Assembly: GCA_013239625.1 (NCBI GenBank)
Contig: MU053369.1
Coordinates: 159,479-223,478 of the forward strand
Direction: 5' to 3'
DNA from: Lama guanicoe
Taxonomy: Eukaryota
DNA length: 64,000 nucleotides
Shown: positions 40,189 to 51,276 of the stretch, one piece after another
Position numbering within the stretch: position 1 is the first letter of the stretch
Layout: each line of letters opens with the position of its first letter
Notes under the pieces: generated by a model
Told to the model about the DNA's origin: nothing
Database searches by the model: none
The model's input: the letters and a program-made list of their open reading frames with translations, nothing else
Position numbers and translations under genes: made by a program

Positions 40189-40207
40189 GACATGATCATC
40201 ACTTTCA
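40189..40207 (+). pseudogene. ANO6: Stub of ANO6 ~exon 18, fused to the satellite
   Basis: Pyrimidine tract, then catag|GAC ATG ATC ATC ACT TTC A (DMIITF versus AMIIAF), followed immediately by satellite sequence attccatttatgctagatg. Confidence 0.8.
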
Positions 40208-43200
40208 AATTCCATTTATGCTAGATGAACAAACGCCTCAACACATGCTCAATTCTGACAGTTGAATGTGTGTGAAAGCCATCAATCACCTAGCTTGTTG
40301 GGAACACAGAGTTTCTTTTCAGTGGGAAAATACACGACATACATATATATGGGGAGGTCCTAGCTCCAACTCGGTTTTACAGAGAAAACTGTATGAACGT
40401 CAACCTGGCACTAAGAAACATACTGAGAAATCGCATTAAGTGTTTTTGTGGCTCCTCAATCCCTTTATGCTACATTAACGAACGCGTCTCCACATGCTCA
40501 ATTCTGAGAGTTGAATGTGCGTGTAATCGGTCAATGACCTATCTTGTTGGGAACACAGTTTCTTTAGAGTGTGGAACTAATCTACATATATATATATATA
40601 TATGGATAGGTAGTAGGGCCAACTCGGTTTTACACTGAAAACTGCATGAACTTAAAACCGACACTAGGAAACTTACCTAGAAATCACAGTAACTGTTTCT
40701 AATGTTACAAAATCCCTTTATGCTACATGAACGAATGCCTCTACACATGTTCAATTCTGAGAGTTGAATGTGTGTGAAAGCCATCAATCAACTAGCTTGT
40801 TGGGAACACACAGTTTCTTTTGAGTTGGGAAATGCACTACATACATATATATGAGGAGGTAATATTTCCAAGTCGACTTTACAGTGAAAACTGCATGAAC
40901 TTCAAACCGGACCTAGGAAAAATAATGAGAAACCAGACTAAGTGTTACTACTGCAAACCATTGCCTTCATCCTAGATGAACGAACGCCTGTCTCCATGCT
41001 CATTTCTGAGAGTTGAATGTGTGCAAAAGCCATCTTTCCGTTAGCTTGTAGGGAACACACAGTTTCTTTTGAGTTGGGAAATGCACTACATACATATATA
41101 TGAGGAGGTAATATTTCCAAGTCGACTTTACAGTGAAAACTGCATGAAATTCAAACTGGCACTAGGAAAGAAACTGAGAAACCAGAGTAAGTGTTTCTAC
41201 TGCAACCCGTTCCCTTTATGCTAGATGAAGGAACCCGACACCACATGCTCAATTCTGAGAGTTAAGTGTGTGTGACAGCCGACAATCACCTAGCCTGTTG
41301 GAAAAAAACATTTTCTTTTGAGTGGGGAACTACAATACATTCATATATATGGAGAGGTACTAGCTCCAACTCTGTTTTACTGTGAAACAGGCAGCAAATT
41401 TACCGACATTAGGAAACATACTAAGAAACGTGAGTAATTATTTCTACTGCAAGCCATTCCCTTTATACTAGACGAATGAAAGCCTGTCCACATGCTCTGT
41501 TCTGAGTTTAATGTGAGCGAATACCATCTATCACTTAGCTTGTTGGGAACAAAATTTCTTTTGAGTGCAGAACTAATTACATATATATATATGGAGAGGT
41601 ACAAGCTCCAGCTCGGTTTTAAACTGATAACTGCATGAACTTGAAACCGGCACTAGGAAACAAACTGAGGAACCAGATAAGTGTTTCAACTGCAACCCAT
41701 TCCCTTCATCCTAGATGAACTAACGCTTCACCCCATGCTCAGTTCTGAGAGCTGACTGTGTGCGAAAGCCATCTATCACTTAGCTTGTAGGGAACACAAA
41801 GTTAGTTTTGATTGGGGAAATACACTACGTACACATAAATTGGGAGATACTAGTTCCAAGTGGGTTCAAAAGTGAAAACTGCATGAAGTTCAGACCGGCA
41901 CTAGTAAATATACTGAGAAAGCTGAGTAAGTTTTCTATTGCTAACTATTCCCTTTATGTTATTTGAATGAACGTCTCTACACATGTGCAATTCTGAGAGT
42001 TAAATGTGTGTGAAAGCCGTTAGTCAGCTAACGTTTTGGGAACACACAAATTCTTTTCAGTGGGAAACAACACTAAATACCTATATATGGAGTTACTAGC
42101 TCCAACTCTGTTTTACAGTGAAAACATAATGAGCTTCAAACTGACAGTATTAAACATACAGCGAAACCAGAGTAAGTGTTTCTAGTGCTACCTATTCTCT
42201 TTATGCTAATGAAAAATCGTCTCTCCACTTGCTCAGTTCTGAGAGTTAAGTGTGTGTGGAAGCCGTCAATCACCTAGCTTGTTGGGAACACATAGTTTCT
42301 TTCTACTGGAAAACAATACTACATACATATATATTGGGAGGTACTACCCCGAACTCGGTTTTACAGTGAAAACTGCATGAACTTCAAAGGGGCTCTAGAA
42401 ACATACTGAGAAAGAAGAGTAAGAGTTATAACTGCCACCCATTCACTTAATGCTAGGTGAACGAACGACAATACACATGCTCAATTCTGAGAGTTAAGTG
42501 TGTGTGAAAGCCGAAAATCCCCTAGCTTTTTGGGAAAAAACAGTTTCTTTTCAGTGGGAAAATCCAATACATACACATATATGGGTAGGTACGAGCTCCA
42601 ACTCTGTTTTACAGTGAAAAATGCAAGAAGTACAAACCGGCACTAGGGAATATACTGAGAAACCCGAGTAAGTATTTCTACTGCAACCCATTCCCTTTAT
42701 GCTAGATGAACGATCGTCTCTCCACAAGCTCAATTCTGAGATTAAAGTGTGTGTGAAAGCTGTCAATCACCGAGCTTGTTGGGAACACACAGTTTCTTTT
42801 CAGTGGGAAACTACACTACATACATATATATGGGGAGTTACTAGCTCCAACTCGGTTTTACAGTGAAAACTGCATGAACTTCAAACCGGAACTAGGAAAC
42901 ATACTAAGAAAACAGAATAAGTGTTTCTACTGCAAATCATCCCCTTTATGCTAGTTGAAAGAACGCCACTCTACATGCTCAGTTCTGAGTGTTGAACGTG
43001 TGCAAAAGCCATCTATCACTTACCTTGTAAGGAAAACACATTTTCATTAGAGTGGGGAAACACACAACATACATATATATGGGGAGGTCCAAGTTCCAAC
43101 TCAGTTTTACACTGAAAACTGCATGAAATTCAAACCGGCACAAAGAAACATACTGAGAAGCCAGAGTAATTCTTTTTACTGCTCGCCATTCCCTTTAAGC

Positions 43201-44053
43201 TAGATGAATGAACGCCTCCACACATGCTCAATTCTGAGAGTTGAATGTGTGTGAAAACCGTCAATCACATAACTAGTTGGGAAAACACAGTTTCTTTTGA
43301 GTTGGTATTTACCCTAATAAATATATATGGGGAGGTAATAGCTCCAACTCGGTTTTACAGTGATTACTGCATTAACTTCAAACTGGCACGAGGAAACATA
43401 CTGAGAAACCAGAGTAATTATTTCAAGTGCTACCACATCTCTTTATGCTAGATGAAAGAACGTATCTTCACATGCTCAATTCTGAGAGTAAGTGAGTGTG
43501 AAAGCCGTCAATCACCTAGCTTGTGGGGGAAACACAATTTTTTTCATGGGGAAAACACACGACCTACTTTTATATGGGGAGATATTAGCCCCAACACGGT
43601 TTTACTGTTAAAACTGCATCAATTTCAAACTGGCACTAGGAAACATACTGAGACGCCTGAGTAAGTGTATCTACAACAATTCATTTTCTTTAAGGTAGAT
43701 GAACGAATCCCTCCCCACATTCTCAGTTCCTAAAATTTGATGTGTGTGGAAGCCGTAAATCAAAAAGCTTCTTGGGATCAGATAGTTAGTTTTCAGTGAA
43801 GAACACACTAGATAAATATATAAGGGAGGAGCAGTCTTCAAATCGGTTTTACAGTGAAAACAGCATGAACTTCAAACCGGCAGTATTAAACATACTCTGA
43901 AACCAGAGTAAGTGTTTCTAGTGCTACCTGTTCTCTTTATGTTATATGAAAAAACGTTTCTCCACTTGCTAAGTTCTGAGAGTTAAGTGTGTGTGGAAGC
44001 CGTCAATCACGTAGCTTGTTGGGAACACACAGTTTCTTTACAGTGGGAAATTA

Positions 44054-44109
<56 letters not shown>

Positions 44110-44958
44110 NNNNNNNNNNNNNNNNNNNNNNNNNNNNNGGGAGGTACTAGCTCCAAATCCATTTTACAGTGAAATCTGCATGAATTTAAAATGTCTATAG
44201 GAAAGAGAGAGTAAGTGTTTCTTCTGCAATCCATTAAATTTATGCTATGTGAACGGACGTCTCTCCACATGCTCAATTCTGAGAGTTCATTGTGTGTGAA
44301 AGCCATCAATCACCTAGCTTGTTGGGGACACACAGTTTCAATTCAGTGGGCAACTACAATAGATATATATATGTAGGGAGGTACGAGCTAAAACTCGGTT
44401 TTACAGTGAAAATTGCATTAGGTTCAAACAGGAACTAGGAAACATACTGAGAAACTAGAATAAGTGTTTCTACTGCAACTCATTCCCTTTATGCTTCATG
44501 AATGAACGTCTCTCCACATGCTCAAATCTGAGAGTTAATTCTTTGTCAATGCCATGGATCACTTGGCATGTTGGGAACTCACAGTTTCTTTTGAGTGGGA
44601 AACTACACTACATACATATGTATGGGAGGTAGAAGCTCAAATTCGCATTTACAGTGAAATCTTCACTAACTTCAAACCGGCACTTGGAAAGATAGTGAGA
44701 AACCAAAGTGTATCTACAGCAAAACATTCTCTTTATGCTAGATAAACGAATCCCTCCCTACATTCTTAGTTCCTAGAAATGAATGTGTGTGAAAGCCATA
44801 ACTCAAAAAGCTTCTCGGGATCACATAGTTTGTTTACAGTGAGGAATAACACTACATAAATATACAGGGGAAGTTACAAGCCCCAAATCGTTTTTACAGT
44901 GAAAACTACATGAACTTCAAGCCGGCAGTATTAAACATAATGAGAAACCCGAGTAAGT
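40208..44958 (+). repeat. Tandem satellite, ~249-bp monomer, ~19 diverged copies, forward orientation
   Basis: The anchor catgctcaattctgagag recurs at 40,244, 40,493, 40,746, 40,995, 41,244, 41,491, 41,734, 41,982, 42,228, 42,476, 42,725, 42,974, 43,223, 43,471, 43,718, 43,965, 44,268, 44,517 and 44,761. Spacing is 243-253 bp except across the gap. Confidence 0.97.
44060..44109. repeat. (TA)n microsatellite expanded inside a satellite monomer, abutting N gap 44,110-44,138
   Basis: Pure TA run at the position of the monomer's tacatatatatgggg motif. Confidence 0.95.
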
Positions 44959-46570
44959 AGTGCAGTTTCCCACTGAGAAGAAACTGTGTGCTCCCAACAA
45001 GTTAACTGATCGAAGGATTTGTAACTGAATTAACTCTTAGAATTGATCATGTGTAGAGACGTACGTTGATCTTGCACAAAGGGAATGGGTTGTTGTAGAA
45101 ACATTTACTCTCGTTTCTCAGTATGTTTACAAGTGCTGGTTTGAAGTCCATGCAGTTTTCACTGTAAAATAGAGTTGGAGCTAAAACCTGCCCACATAAA
45201 TGTATGTAGTGTAGCTTCCAAATTAAAAGAAACTTTGTGTTCCCTTCAAGCTAGGTGAAGGACGGCTTCCACACACACTTATCTCTCAGAACTGAGCATG
45301 TGGAGAGACGTTCGTTCATCCAGCACAAAGGGAACGGTTTGCAGGAGAAACACTTACTCTGGTTTCTCAGTCTGTTTCCTAGTGCCGGTTTGAAGTGCCT
45401 GCTGTTTTCACTGTTAAACCGAGTTGGAGCTAGTACCTCCTCTTATATATTTATATATGTAGTGTAATTACAAACTGAAAAGGAATTTTGTGTTCCCAAC
45501 AAGGTAGGTGAAGGACTGCTTTCACAGACACTTCTCTATCAAAACTGAGCATGTGGAGAGACTTTCCTTCATCTAGCACAAAGGGAATGTGTTGCAGAGG
45601 AAACACTTTGGTTTCTCAGTGTGTTTCCTAGTTCCTGTTTGAACTTCATACAGTTTTCTCTGTAAACCCGTGTTGGATCTAGTAACTCTCTCTCTGTATA
45701 TTTACGGAATTTAATTTCCAGCTGAAAAGGAACTTTGTGTTCCGAACAAGTTAGGTGAAAGACGGCTTTCACACACACTTATCTCTGCAAACAGCATGTG
45801 GAGAGACGTTCGTTCATCTAGCACAAGGGAACGGGTTGCAGGCGAAACACTCTGGTTTATCAATCTGTTTCCTAGTGCCTTTTTGACAATCATGCAGTTT
45901 TCATTCTAATACCGAGGTGGAGCTAGTACCTCCCCATATATATTTATGTAGTGTAGTTTCCCAGTTAAAAGACACCGTGTGTTCCCAACAAGCTTGTTGA
46001 TTGACGGTTTTACAGACAATTAACTCTCAGAATTGAGCATGTAGTTACACGTTCATTCATCTAGCTTAAATGGAATGGGTTGCCGTAGAAACACTTACTC
46101 TGGGTTCTCAGTATGTTTCCTAGTGCCGGTTGGAATTTCATGCAATTTTTACTGTAAAACAGCGTTGGAGCTATAACCTCCTCATATATATGCATGTCAT
46201 GTAGTTTCCCACTGAAAAGAAGCTGCGTGTTCCCAACAGGCTATGTGATTGACGGTTTTCACACACACTTAAATGTCAGAATTGAACACGTGGAGAGACG
46301 TTCTTTCATCTAGCTTAAGGAAAATGGGTTGCAGTTAAAACACTTTTTCTGGATTCTCAGTATGTTTCCTCTGCCGGTTTTAAGTTCATGCAGTTTTCAG
46401 GGTAATTCCCTGTTGGAACTTGTTCCTCCCCATATATATGTATGTAGTGTTGTTTCCCACTTAAATGAAACTCTTTTCCGAACAAGGTAGGTGACTGACG
46501 GCTTTCACACACACTTAACTCTCAGAATTGAGCATGTGGAGAGACGTTCTTTCATGTAGCATAAATGGAA
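44957..46570 (-). repeat. Same ~249-bp satellite, ~6.5 copies, inverted orientation
   Basis: The reverse anchor ctcagaattgagcatg recurs with its cat near 45,048, 45,297, 45,550, 45,795, 46,038, 46,287 and 46,533. Confidence 0.97.
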
Positions 46571-46591
46571 TGTGAAAGTGATGATCATGAC
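46571..46591 (-). pseudogene. ANO6: Stub of ANO6 ~exon 18, copy B, fused to the satellite
   Basis: Minus strand: gcacag|GTC ATG ATC ATC ACT TTC ACA (VMIITFT versus AMIIAFT), then ttccatttatgcta satellite. Confidence 0.82.
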
Positions 46592-47845
46592 CTGTGCTTG
46601 TAGGAAAACAGTAAAGGGAGGATTAATTTATAGCCTTTATATTTATGGTCAACATACATTACAGAATTTCATTTTCAGCTGTTGACGTCTTTTTTTTTAA
46701 TCTTCAGAAAAGTTGTCTTTCCTGTAACTGGATATAGATAGTGAATGTCTTAAAGTTTTGAGCGACTGCTTCAAAGTTGAATAGTTACTTTGCTTTTGGT
46801 CTTTAACCTAAGGGAATATCCAGAATTCCAGTGGCAATTCAAAAGCAAGCACCTGAAACTTGCTTATTACTTGTTTTAACTACAGTAAGAATAACTGTAG
46901 AGTAGGGTAATGTGGATAACTGAAGAGCTGCTTGGATATGTTATATGTAAGTTATATTTTCAAAAATTATACATATCATGAAAATCAATCAACCTTGGAG
47001 ATCTAATGGTATAATTTAATCTTTAATAATGTAGATTTAGATAGCCTATTTGTTTATGTACCTCTTATGAAAATAAGTTTTCTTTAAGTAACTCCTTTGT
47101 AGATAAATGATAAATTATTGGGGATATTTATCATTTGCTTCTTAAAAATAGGATATTAATTGCACAATATATATTTTCCTACAAGTTCATACTTTTTTCC
47201 CTATACTATCTTGACTTGTTTAGATAAGTTAACCTATAGTCTGATTTATTTTAAGCACTCAGTATGTGCTTCTGTCTGTTTCTTTATTAGAGAGCAAGAA
47301 TTCTTTATTATTTTCAATAAAATATAATTGCAGGAAACTATACTGGGATTCTTTCATTCGCAGAGTCAAGCAATGATACCTATTTTGTTAGATCAAGTGT
47401 CTAAGCCTCTCAACTTCCAAAAGATTACATGGACAAAGTTAAACACGTAATAACTGACCGACTAACAAAGTTTATTGTGTTCCTTGATTAAAAGTATAAA
47501 TATGGGTCAGTCTTAAATTCGGATGTAAAGCTCTTATGAATTACATGAGTCTTCTCCAAAATTCTTTAGTTTGGGCTTTAAACCCTCCAGTAAAAAACTG
47601 GTTTGAAGGAAGAAAAAAGTCGAGAATAGATTAAATCCAAATTCTCTGGGAATAAACAAAGCTAAATGTTTCAGTCATTTTTGAAGCAGAACAGATATGT
47701 TTTCTGCACCATATGATTTTAATAGTATTCATCTGAACATACGATTTAGACACCATGAGACCACAAGCCAACAAACAAGATGTCAGGCAAAGCAAGAAAA
47801 ACAACTGAGGGGATTTTCTGCTGCAAAATTTCCCCTAACTAGAAC

Positions 47846-48368
47846 TGTAATCGTGAACAAATATGATGCCATATTGGATCTATTCCTTCAGTTTGAAGCA
47901 CTGTGCCCTGTCTTCCAGGCTTAATCTTGCTGGCTCTGCACCTTTTGTAGAACAACGTTGCCTTTAGCCTAAAACCTACAGGAAAGCCTATTCTCAGGGC
48001 TCTGACCTTTAAGGATGTTAGCACTTCTGCACTTACGCAGAGATGGCAAGTTGCAAAATAGAGAATAACCTTTGTTTTGTTGGAGGCTTAGAGGGACACC
48101 ATAGGCTGACCCACATGGACGGCTGCAAGAACAAAGAAGGCCTGCAGCAAGAATTTGCACAACCAACCACACCCCCTCCCCTTTTTAGTTTAAAAGGAGC
48201 CTTAATTCTGGGTTGGTAAAGATGATTCTCCAGGACATTAGTCCCTCATCTTCTTGGTCTGCCAGTTTTCTGAATAAAGTTACGATTCCTTGCCCCAAAA
48301 CCTTGTCTCCTGATTGATTTATTTATCACTGTTGTGCAGTGAGCAGAACAAGTTTGGCCTCAGTAACA
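47846..48368 (+). mobile_element. Solo ERV1-type LTR, mirror copy B
   Basis: TGTAATC...GTAACA with TSD GAAC on both sides, TATA-like tttaaaag near 48,189 and AATAAA at 48,273. Confidence 0.88.
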
Positions 48369-51069
48369 GAACCAGCTTTGTCATTCCCTCTGATGTGAAA
48401 TCTCTCTGGGTGTACACGTGCTTGCCTGGTGGTGCTGGTGGTGGTGGTGGTTGTAGGCAAAAATATTTCACTTCTCCTGATTTCAATAGGCTAAAATTTC
48501 CTGCTATTTAAGTCAACTCTAGACTTTTACAGAATCACCTGCAGATGTGCTTCTGGAAGCTACAAAAATTCCAACAATGAAAATAATTCTATTGTCTCCA
48601 GACAAGATACTTTTCCTCAAAACTGAGCAGCTCTGAGCCACACTTCAGGAGTACAGATAGATGCAGTGTGCTTCATTTCCCATGCTGTTCCGACACAATT
48701 TTCCACTTATATCAAAATAAATTAAAATCGGTCTTCAATAGCAGATGCTCTGGCATGATACAACAAGGTCAATTCCACTTATTTATTGAGCCAGAGCAGC
48801 TTTAGAATAAATGACTTTATACCAAACTCCTGCTTGATGTCCTGTCTTCTCCCTGGTGGCTAATTCCTTCCTCTTACTTCCTAAAAGTTCTCGTGTTATG
48901 GGAAGTTAGCATTTACTGTGCACATTCAATTGGGAAGGCACAAATTAAATATGTGAGGGGATGACATGCGTATTTAATTCTTACATATACATAAATACAA
49001 GCACAGAGGACCTGTGTCTTGGAAGATGTCACTTCGTAATGTGGGCTAGAGGATGGTCTATAGTTCAATCAATGACCTAAAAGCAGTTTTCTAGGATATA
49101 ATAAAGCAATGCTTGAGTTATAAGACAGAACAACCCCTGGACATGAATCAGTGGCACCAATCAGTGGGTGCACATGAGTGCACACAGACGCCCGTGCACA
49201 CGGAGCAGCCTTGGAGACACTCCATCTGTGCTGATGGAGCAAAGTCATGCTGGGGAGATGAGGAAAAAGTGCCTAATACATTCAAACCGGGACACCTGAG
49301 TAATGGGGAATAGGAGTTATTTGAAGTTTCTGGTTAGCTGAAGGTCAAACAAAAACACTTTAAGTTTCAAACGTCATTGCTAAAAATTTCTTAAAGCACA
49401 GGAGCCTGTTTTCCTGCCTTGCTTAGTGTCATATGGCATATTAAACATGACAGATTCATGCTTCTCTGACTGTGGAACGGGAAAGGACGTGTTGTCATAT
49501 TCTAAACATTAGTCTATGTTTTGCAGCAGAGTGGATACTGAAAATGGGGCAATTTGAGTGAATGGGAATGGAAGTAACCTAGCAGTCAGTGACTGTGTGT
49601 GATTTGCCAACTTTCTCCAACAAGTAGGGGTAGCAAGCAAATCAGATAAATTGAGGGATCTTGGGGTGGGGAGTCAGGTGGGCTGACAGCTGGGTGGTCC
49701 CAGGTAGCTTGTTTTACTGTGTAAAATTGTGACTATGATCCAGACAGTGATACATTGTGAAATTCTTGTGCCTGTACCTTTGATACCTGGCCAAGTCTGT
49801 GCTGCCAATTTTATCGATGGTGCATAATGATGTTAAATAACATTCCCTGAGGATCAGGTTGTGTGAATCCCATGCACTGACTCACTGAATTCCCTAAGCA
49901 CCCTTTGTGGTCCATAACAGTCTTAAAATATGAAGCAGGGAATTATTCTGTCTGCAAGTGATAAAATGAAGCTCTGAACTGTTGAAGCCTGGCCCAAAAT
50001 CATGCAGATGGGAAGACGCCATGCTGGGAGCTGAGCTCGGGCCATGCTACAGAACCTGAAGGGCCCAGCAAGTCCCCTCACCCAGGAACCTGGCTCACAG
50101 CCACTGCCAGGCCCTGTTCTGTTTCTATGAGTGCTCATAGGTAAATGCCAGGTACTCGATGTGACTTGATTAAGAAATTCAAACCAAACTAGCCTTTTGT
50201 TGGGGACTGTAAACGGGGAGTAAAACTGGCAGTGAATTAAGGGAGGAAACAGCCCTGGTTGTAAGAATATTTCTAGGGAAGAAGTCTCCCTGATGGGCTG
50301 GCATGGGAATCGCTGTGGTTCTGAGTCCCCTGTTGCCCTGTGGGGGTGTGGGCAGGGAAGAAGAGAGGCTGTTCAGAATGGTCATAGTCAATACAGTTTG
50401 TAAACAGCTGAGCTCTGTTCCCTCACAGCTCAGACACATGCAGGATATGAAGATGCTTAGCTAATGACCAACAGTGAGTAGCAAAGGCCAAGAGTTGGGT
50501 GGGGAGGAGAAATAGGACCTCCTTCTGGAAGAACCTCTGCCCCAGGGGACCAGGAAGGTAATGAATGATTGGGGATGCACAAAGGGTTTCTATGGCCTCA
50601 TCAGGTAGTTTCTACTTTAAACTGATAGTCTGGAATCTATGGTCAAATACGGTGGAATGACTGCTCTTATTTTAGGTACTACAAACTCTTGGATAGATAG
50701 ATGTCTATCTCCATTATACAAGCACTGCTGTGTGACCTTTATAGTCATGTGAATATAAAAAGAGTGAGCACTTATTAATACTATTACCATACTTCTACTG
50801 AATTAACACTTCAGCAACAGTATAATGGCCACGCTTCTTAACAACTGCCGCTGTAAGAGCTCTTGTAAGTCACAAATAATAATTATAAAGAAAAATATAT
50901 TAAAAATAATAACAATTACAGTTACAACAACTATGTTGTTTATAACTATGATAGTGTTAGCATCTCCCTCTCATATTAAATAATACCCAACACTGGATTC
51001 CTTAGGAAGCAATGCCAATGCATTTGTAGACTCTTCAAAGTCTTCAGCCCATGAAGCCATTTTACTCAC

Positions 51070-51276
51070 ACTGGTCCACCACAGCCAGAATTGCTGTTCC
51101 TTGCATGGTGGGCTGCCACGCTGCAATGTTCTGGGCTTTATCTGGCACCATGCGTCTATACCGGGTAGTCAAGTTTCCACGTACCCACTCTGATTTCCAA
51201 TATATTGTTCTCCAGAGCCAACAGAGGGGCCACTGGAAAGAGGCCACAAACAAGGTGGTGGACCCAAACTGAATAC
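51070..51276 (-). pseudogene. ANO6: ANO6 pseudo-exon (~exon 17), copy B
   Basis: Reverse-complement of 35,486-35,692 with the same frameshifts; the ORF-track peptides are identical. Confidence 0.95.

Larger units (their letters stand above)
13956..40207 (+). pseudogene. ANO6: Unprocessed partial anoctamin-6 (TMEM16F) pseudogene, copy A (about exons 11-18, truncated in exon 18)
   Basis: Eight colinear exon remnants with AG acceptors translate to ANO6-specific peptides ([88 protein letters not shown]). They carry stops, frameshifts and dead splice donors. Introns are retained. Confidence 0.95.
22923..40207 (+). repeat. Left arm of a large inverted segmental duplication (true outer end not determinable in this window)
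   Basis: 22,923 aatccatgttcttctaagaacagag matches the reverse-complement of the window end. Mirror ORFs recur throughout (e.g. 38257-38454 minus equals 48314-48511 plus). Confidence 0.97.

Noticed and set aside
13956..40207. The functional ANO6 locus or a processed retrocopy
   Set aside because: Multiple stops, frameshifts and truncation by satellite exclude function; retained introns exclude retrotransposition.
45308..45340. CENP-B box in the satellite (gttcgttcatc...gggaacgg)
   Set aside because: The spacing does not fit TTCGnnnnAnnCGGG.
40208..46570. CRISPR-like array or repeated coding unit
   Set aside because: Whole ~249-bp monomers repeat with no unique spacers, the context is mammalian, and the frames are full of stops.
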